From Clostridiales bacterium (GTDB lineage: Bacteria; Bacillota; Clostridia; Oscillospirales; UBA644), in the NCBI GenBank assembly GCA_016281915.1, contig JAEEJO010000012.1:30029-94028 (forward strand): a stretch of DNA of 64,000 bases, written 5' to 3'. This document shows, piece by piece, positions 60,480-64,000 of this stretch. A program made the translations under genes and the position numbers. Each line of letters opens with the position of its first letter. Position 1 is the first letter of the stretch. The notes below the pieces were generated by a model. The model was not told the DNA's origin and made no database searches. It saw only the letters and a list, made by a program, of their open reading frames with translations.

Positions 60480-61091
60480 ATGACGCATTATGAACGCATG
60501 GTAAAGGGTCTGATCTACGACCCTGCAGATCCCGAAATAATGAAAGAACAGGCACTGTATCAGGAGAAGCTCGCGGCATTCAAAAGGCTCACACCGAGCG
60601 ACCATAAAAAGAAGCAGAAATATATGCATGAGGTGTTTGCGGAATGCGGTGACAACTGCCGGATCGAGCTTCCGTTCCGCGCAAACTGGGGCGGACATCA
60701 CCTTCATCTCGGCTCGGGAGTATATGCAAATTTTAATCTTACGCTTGTTGACGACGGACACATATACGTCGGTGACAGAGTGTTGTTCGGGCCGAATGTG
60801 ACGGTTGCGACCGCAAATCACCCGATAGATCCTGAGCTCCGCTCAAAGGGTCTTCAATATAACAAAAACGTTTATATTGGGGAAAACGTATGGATCGGCG
60901 CCGGCGCGGTAATAGTCCCCGGGGTCCACATCGGGAAAAACAGCGTGATAGGCGCCGGAAGCATAGTGACAAGAGATATCCCCGAAGGCGTTGTTGCGGC
61001 AGGCAACCCGTGCAGGGTCATGAGAGAGATTTCCGAAAAAGACAGAATATTCTTTTACAGAGACGAAAAGATCGATCCCGAAATCCTGTAG
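60480..61091 (+). CDS. maa: Sugar O-acetyltransferase (maltose/galactoside acetyltransferase family, left-handed beta-helix)
   Basis: 203 aa with an N-terminal Mac-like helix (MVKGLIYDP) and hexapeptide repeats IGENVWIGAGAVIVPGVHIGKNSVIGAGSIV. Confidence 0.85.
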   Translation: MTHYERMVKGLIYDPADPEIMKEQALYQEKLAAFKRLTPSDHKKKQKYMHEVFAECGDNCRIELPFRANWGGHHLHLGSGVYANFNLTLVDDGHIYVGDRVLFGPNVTVATANHPIDPELRSKGLQYNKNVYIGENVWIGAGAVIVPGVHIGKNSVIGAGSIVTRDIPEGVVAAGNPCRVMREISEKDRIFFYRDEKIDPEIL

Positions 61092-61150
61092 GAATAAAAA
61101 CCGCGGAAAGGTCTGTGAGCGGCGCACGGGAAACATGCGATCTTCGATTG

Positions 61151-62581
61151 TTATTCTTGTCCCCAGACGGACACAACGCCTCTCTTTGAGGGGGCGACCT
61201 CTTTTGCGATATGCTCGTCTACCGCTTCAAGATGAGATTCGATATATTCCGTAGGACTCTTATTGTAATCGAGCCATTCAAACATAGTGTTCCACGTAAC
61301 TGTTCCGAAATAAGAATACTGGGAATTGAGGAACATATCGTAATACATATCGGCGTCTCTGCGGTCAAAGAAATAAGTATGGAAAAGGAATTCTCTTATC
61401 GATTCGGTAGTAGGATATTCTTCAAACGGTTCGTAAAGCGCGTTTAACGCTATAGCTGCGGATTCAACGTTGGGCGAAAAACGAGAAATGACGATAGCTC
61501 TTTCAAGATTGAAATGGCTTGCTGTAATGAAGCCGGGATCGACATCCGGTCCTGACGGCCACGTTATAACGCCGAAGTTAGTCATTTCCCTTGCCAGGTT
61601 TTCAAGGTATTCCGCCTGATGAAGAACACCGAGGACGGTCGTTCCGTTTTTGAGAGCATCCAAATGGTTTTCATTAATACTTACCGTATATGAAAGAGGG
61701 CCGTTTACTATATCGAGCGCTTCATTCATTGCGGTCATTGCCTTAGGATCATGAAGCCCTGATCTGTAATTGCCGTCAGGACCTTTTTCGGCGAGTCTGA
61801 ATCCGTTTGAAAGGATATAGACCATGCCTACGTCTCCTCTGTACTGGAAAGTGACCGCGTATTGTTTTACTTCATTTCCTTCCTGAACATGATACTGTTC
61901 AAGATAGTCGCGAAGCGTCTGCCAGGTCCACTGGCCGTTTTCATATAAATCTCTGGGATCTGCTGCATTGACGGCGGAAATAAGGTCTTCGTTTATAACG
62001 GTCAGTCCCTGATACGATACCGACGATGCGGGCCATGACATCGGGATAAGACCGTAAACGTCGTCTTCCCAGTAAAGGACTTCAAGAATGTTTCGTCTGC
62101 CCCATTTTTCCTCGTTGCGGTAATCGATATAATCTTCAAGCTCCGAAAGGCCCATCAGAGCGCCTGTTTTCATATCCTCGCGGAATCTGTCAGAAACGCC
62201 GCAGAAGATATCGCAGTAATACTCGCCTATAGAATTGTTCATTCTGAAATTGTTGTAATCCGCGTATCCCGAGCCTGTGTCGGAAAAATACTTTATGTCA
62301 AACTTACAGTTCAGGCTGCTTTCAACGTCCTTTATGCGCTGCATCGCAAGATCGCCCAGAACGGTTCCGATCTCATACCCCAGCACCTGTTCGCTGCCGG
62401 TATAGTGAATACCCTGTCCGCCTGTTTCGCGAAGGTATCTGATGGTTACGCCTTCAAGATCCGTTGTTTCGGCCTTGAACGAATAATCCACGTCAAACAC
62501 TTCACTCTCTTCGCTGCCGCATGCAGCAAGCATGACAATTGACAAAAACACAAAAATAAACGTTTTTACTGCTGTTTTCAT
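61151..62581 (-). CDS. Solute-binding-protein-like lipoprotein, paralog F
   Basis: 476 aa starting MKTAVKTFIFVFLSIVMLAAC|G. Closest to paralog E, with the same conserved blocks. Confidence 0.7.
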   Translation of the reverse strand: MKTAVKTFIFVFLSIVMLAACGSEESEVFDVDYSFKAETTDLEGVTIRYLRETGGQGIHYTGSEQVLGYEIGTVLGDLAMQRIKDVESSLNCKFDIKYFSDTGSGYADYNNFRMNNSIGEYYCDIFCGVSDRFREDMKTGALMGLSELEDYIDYRNEEKWGRRNILEVLYWEDDVYGLIPMSWPASSVSYQGLTVINEDLISAVNAADPRDLYENGQWTWQTLRDYLEQYHVQEGNEVKQYAVTFQYRGDVGMVYILSNGFRLAEKGPDGNYRSGLHDPKAMTAMNEALDIVNGPLSYTVSINENHLDALKNGTTVLGVLHQAEYLENLAREMTNFGVITWPSGPDVDPGFITASHFNLERAIVISRFSPNVESAAIALNALYEPFEEYPTTESIREFLFHTYFFDRRDADMYYDMFLNSQYSYFGTVTWNTMFEWLDYNKSPTEYIESHLEAVDEHIAKEVAPSKRGVVSVWGQE

Positions 62582-62712
62582 TCCGATGCATTCCTTTCGT
62601 GGTTAATGACCGATACCCGTCTGCCTCGCAAAAAGAGCATTGATTATCTCTATTCTCACTGCGCAGACCGCTTTCGGCAACGCTCCCGTTTCCGCGCGTT
62701 TTTACTGTAAAC

Positions 62713-62741
62713 AGTATATCAAATTTACAAAACAATGTCAA
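62713..62741 (-). promoter_or_regulatory. Promoter of paralog F (leader of about 125 nt)
   Basis: Minus strand reads TTGACA (62736-62741), 17-nt spacer ending in TGa, TATACT (62713-62718). Confidence 0.65.
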
Positions 62742-62780
62742 GGTTTACGGCATCGCAATTTTAAAATCAGCGTCAAATGA

Positions 62781-62830
62781 AAATAATAAATTCAAGACCG
62801 GCGGAAAACCGTCGGTCTTTTGATTTTTTA
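62781..62830. terminator. Hairpin terminator downstream of the second DUF4956 gene
   Basis: AAGACCGGCGG (62794-62804) pairs with CCGTCGGTCTT (62809-62819), one mismatch, with T/A-rich runs on both sides. Confidence 0.55.
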
Positions 62831-62910
62831 TCTGTTATTCGGTCATCAAGTCCGCAAAACACGGAAATTGCCGAAGTCTTTAACTGAAATAAAGGCTTGA
62901 CCCTGCTTTC

Positions 62911-63582
62911 TCACAGCTGATTCTGCGTTTCGGTATAGGGCAGAAGAGCAATTTCGAGATTTCCGTTTTTTGTGCGAAGCTCGTCAATAAAAGCTTTTTC
63001 ATCTGCCGGATTTTTCAGCTGAACCTTATAGGAAAGGCGGAACATGCTTCCCATTCCGGTAGTTTTTACGCCCGCATTTTCAATTTTTTTGAGATAATGA
63101 GCGAAAATATCGTCAAACGTGCCGTTGTATTCAAGAGACTCGGGAATAGTGATACGAAGCAGCTGGTCCTCCGCCATGCTTTTATGCTCGAAAAGCGAAA
63201 GATGGCTCAGGATGATGAACAGCACCGAAAGAGCAAGCAGGATAACAACGCCGTAGCCTATATATCCCATTCCGAAAGCTATACCCGAGCCCATTGCAAC
63301 AAGAATGGACGCTATTTCGTCCGCGCTGCCCTGAGCGGAACGGAAACGTATAAGACTGAATGCGCCGCCTATTGCAACGCCTGCGCCGATATTGCCGTTT
63401 ACAAACGTTATTACCGCCGCAACAACGAACGGGATAAGAGCTGTGACTATGAAAAATCTTTTTGTCGAACGGACCCTGAAGCTCATTATCCAGGAATAAA
63501 GAAAACCTGAAACAATGGCAGCTGCCGACATTATAAAGAATTCTGACGGAAGGACCGTAGAGGAATAAATCGAATCAAACAT
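62911..63582 (-). CDS. DUF4956-like integral membrane protein, second copy
   Basis: Start set to the ATG at 63582 (MFDSIYSS), after AAAGGAGA. Same architecture as 22812-23471, including SLIRFRSAQGSADEIASILVAM (compare SIVRFRTAVKDPVDTIFMFWAV). Confidence 0.7.
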   Translation of the reverse strand: MFDSIYSSTVLPSEFFIMSAAAIVSGFLYSWIMSFRVRSTKRFFIVTALIPFVVAAVITFVNGNIGAGVAIGGAFSLIRFRSAQGSADEIASILVAMGSGIAFGMGYIGYGVVILLALSVLFIILSHLSLFEHKSMAEDQLLRITIPESLEYNGTFDDIFAHYLKKIENAGVKTTGMGSMFRLSYKVQLKNPADEKAFIDELRTKNGNLEIALLPYTETQNQL

Positions 63583-63604
63583 AAAAAATATCTCCTTTGA
63601 CCTT

Positions 63605-64000
63605 TTACACTGTTCTGGCATTCAGAAGCTGCTGTCTGTATGCCTCGCCGTATTTGGAAAAGCTGCTTTTTCTTATATTGCCGCCTGAAAGGATGCCTGC
63701 AAGCCACAAAGGCATTGCTTCCTGCACTTTTACCTCAAGTATCGTCCACCCCTTGTCTAGCAGCGATATGCCGTCCATTGATTTTGTAAGTGTCAGATCG
63801 TTTGTGCGGTAACGCGGATTTTCGTCTATCGTCAGGCGAAGATCTCCGTCGGGCTCAAAATATGCGACCCTGTCATAAATGATCAGGCATGACGGAACGA
63901 GGGTTTTGTAATAATCTCTGAATGTTGTGATCTCACGGTTTATCTGACCCGGAGAACATATGTCCCCTTCGCCTGCAAAGAACTTGTGCACGAGAGGCAC
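63605..64000 (-). CDS. VTC-domain protein, second copy, C-terminal part only (the 5' end lies beyond the right window edge)
   Basis: The frame is open to the window edge. YDRVAYFEPDGDLRLTIDENPRY and TILEVKVQEAMPLWL parallel YDRTAFVFPAGETRITIDENIRF and AVLEVKYSDVFPSFL of the first copy. Confidence 0.7.
   Translation of the reverse strand: MPLVHKFFAGEGDICSPGQINREITTFRDYYKTLVPSCLIIYDRVAYFEPDGDLRLTIDENPRYRTNDLTLTKSMDGISLLDKGWTILEVKVQEAMPLWLAGILSGGNIRKSSFSKYGEAYRQQLLNARTV

Overview
This is a 64-kb chromosomal window with Firmicutes/Clostridia-type signals: lipobox lipoproteins, GGAGG-type RBSs, many near-consensus TTGACA-N17-TATAAT promoters, rho-independent terminators and frequent TTG/GTG starts. 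I found no rRNA, tRNA, CRISPR array, integrase or transposase. The ORF track labels alternative start codons as M, so I re-set several starts using RBS and promoter positions.

The left part (1-22.7 kb) is mostly housekeeping:
- A GTP-type PEP carboxykinase that runs off the left edge and is absent from the ORF track.
- A potABC...potD polyamine importer, split by an independently promoted ABC exporter plus DUF1854 pair.
- A small Cys-rich repeat protein with an amidohydrolase, and Tex.
- A nine-gene arginine operon, argG-ACT(UPF0237)-UPF0210-argH-argC-argJ-argB-argD-argF, with two tandem ARG boxes over its promoter.

The rest is accessory and glycan-utilisation flavoured:
- A tightly coupled CotH kinase / VTC-domain / DUF4956 operon. 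A second VTC/DUF4956 pair sits at the right edge.
- GH29 fucosidase, a radical SAM/SPASM protein, an esterase/VOC/GDPD trio, GH2 beta-galactosidase, an orphan araD, GH127, an SGNH esterase and a sugar O-acetyltransferase.
- A DUF1538-like membrane protein followed by two P-II-like proteins.
- A DUF937 / LppM-SHOCT cluster.
- A beta-propeller glycosidase-like gene killed by three in-frame stops.
- Six paralogous ~470-aa solute-binding-protein-like lipoproteins, each with its own consensus promoter and none next to an ABC permease.

All family names come from reading motifs by eye. No database search was run.
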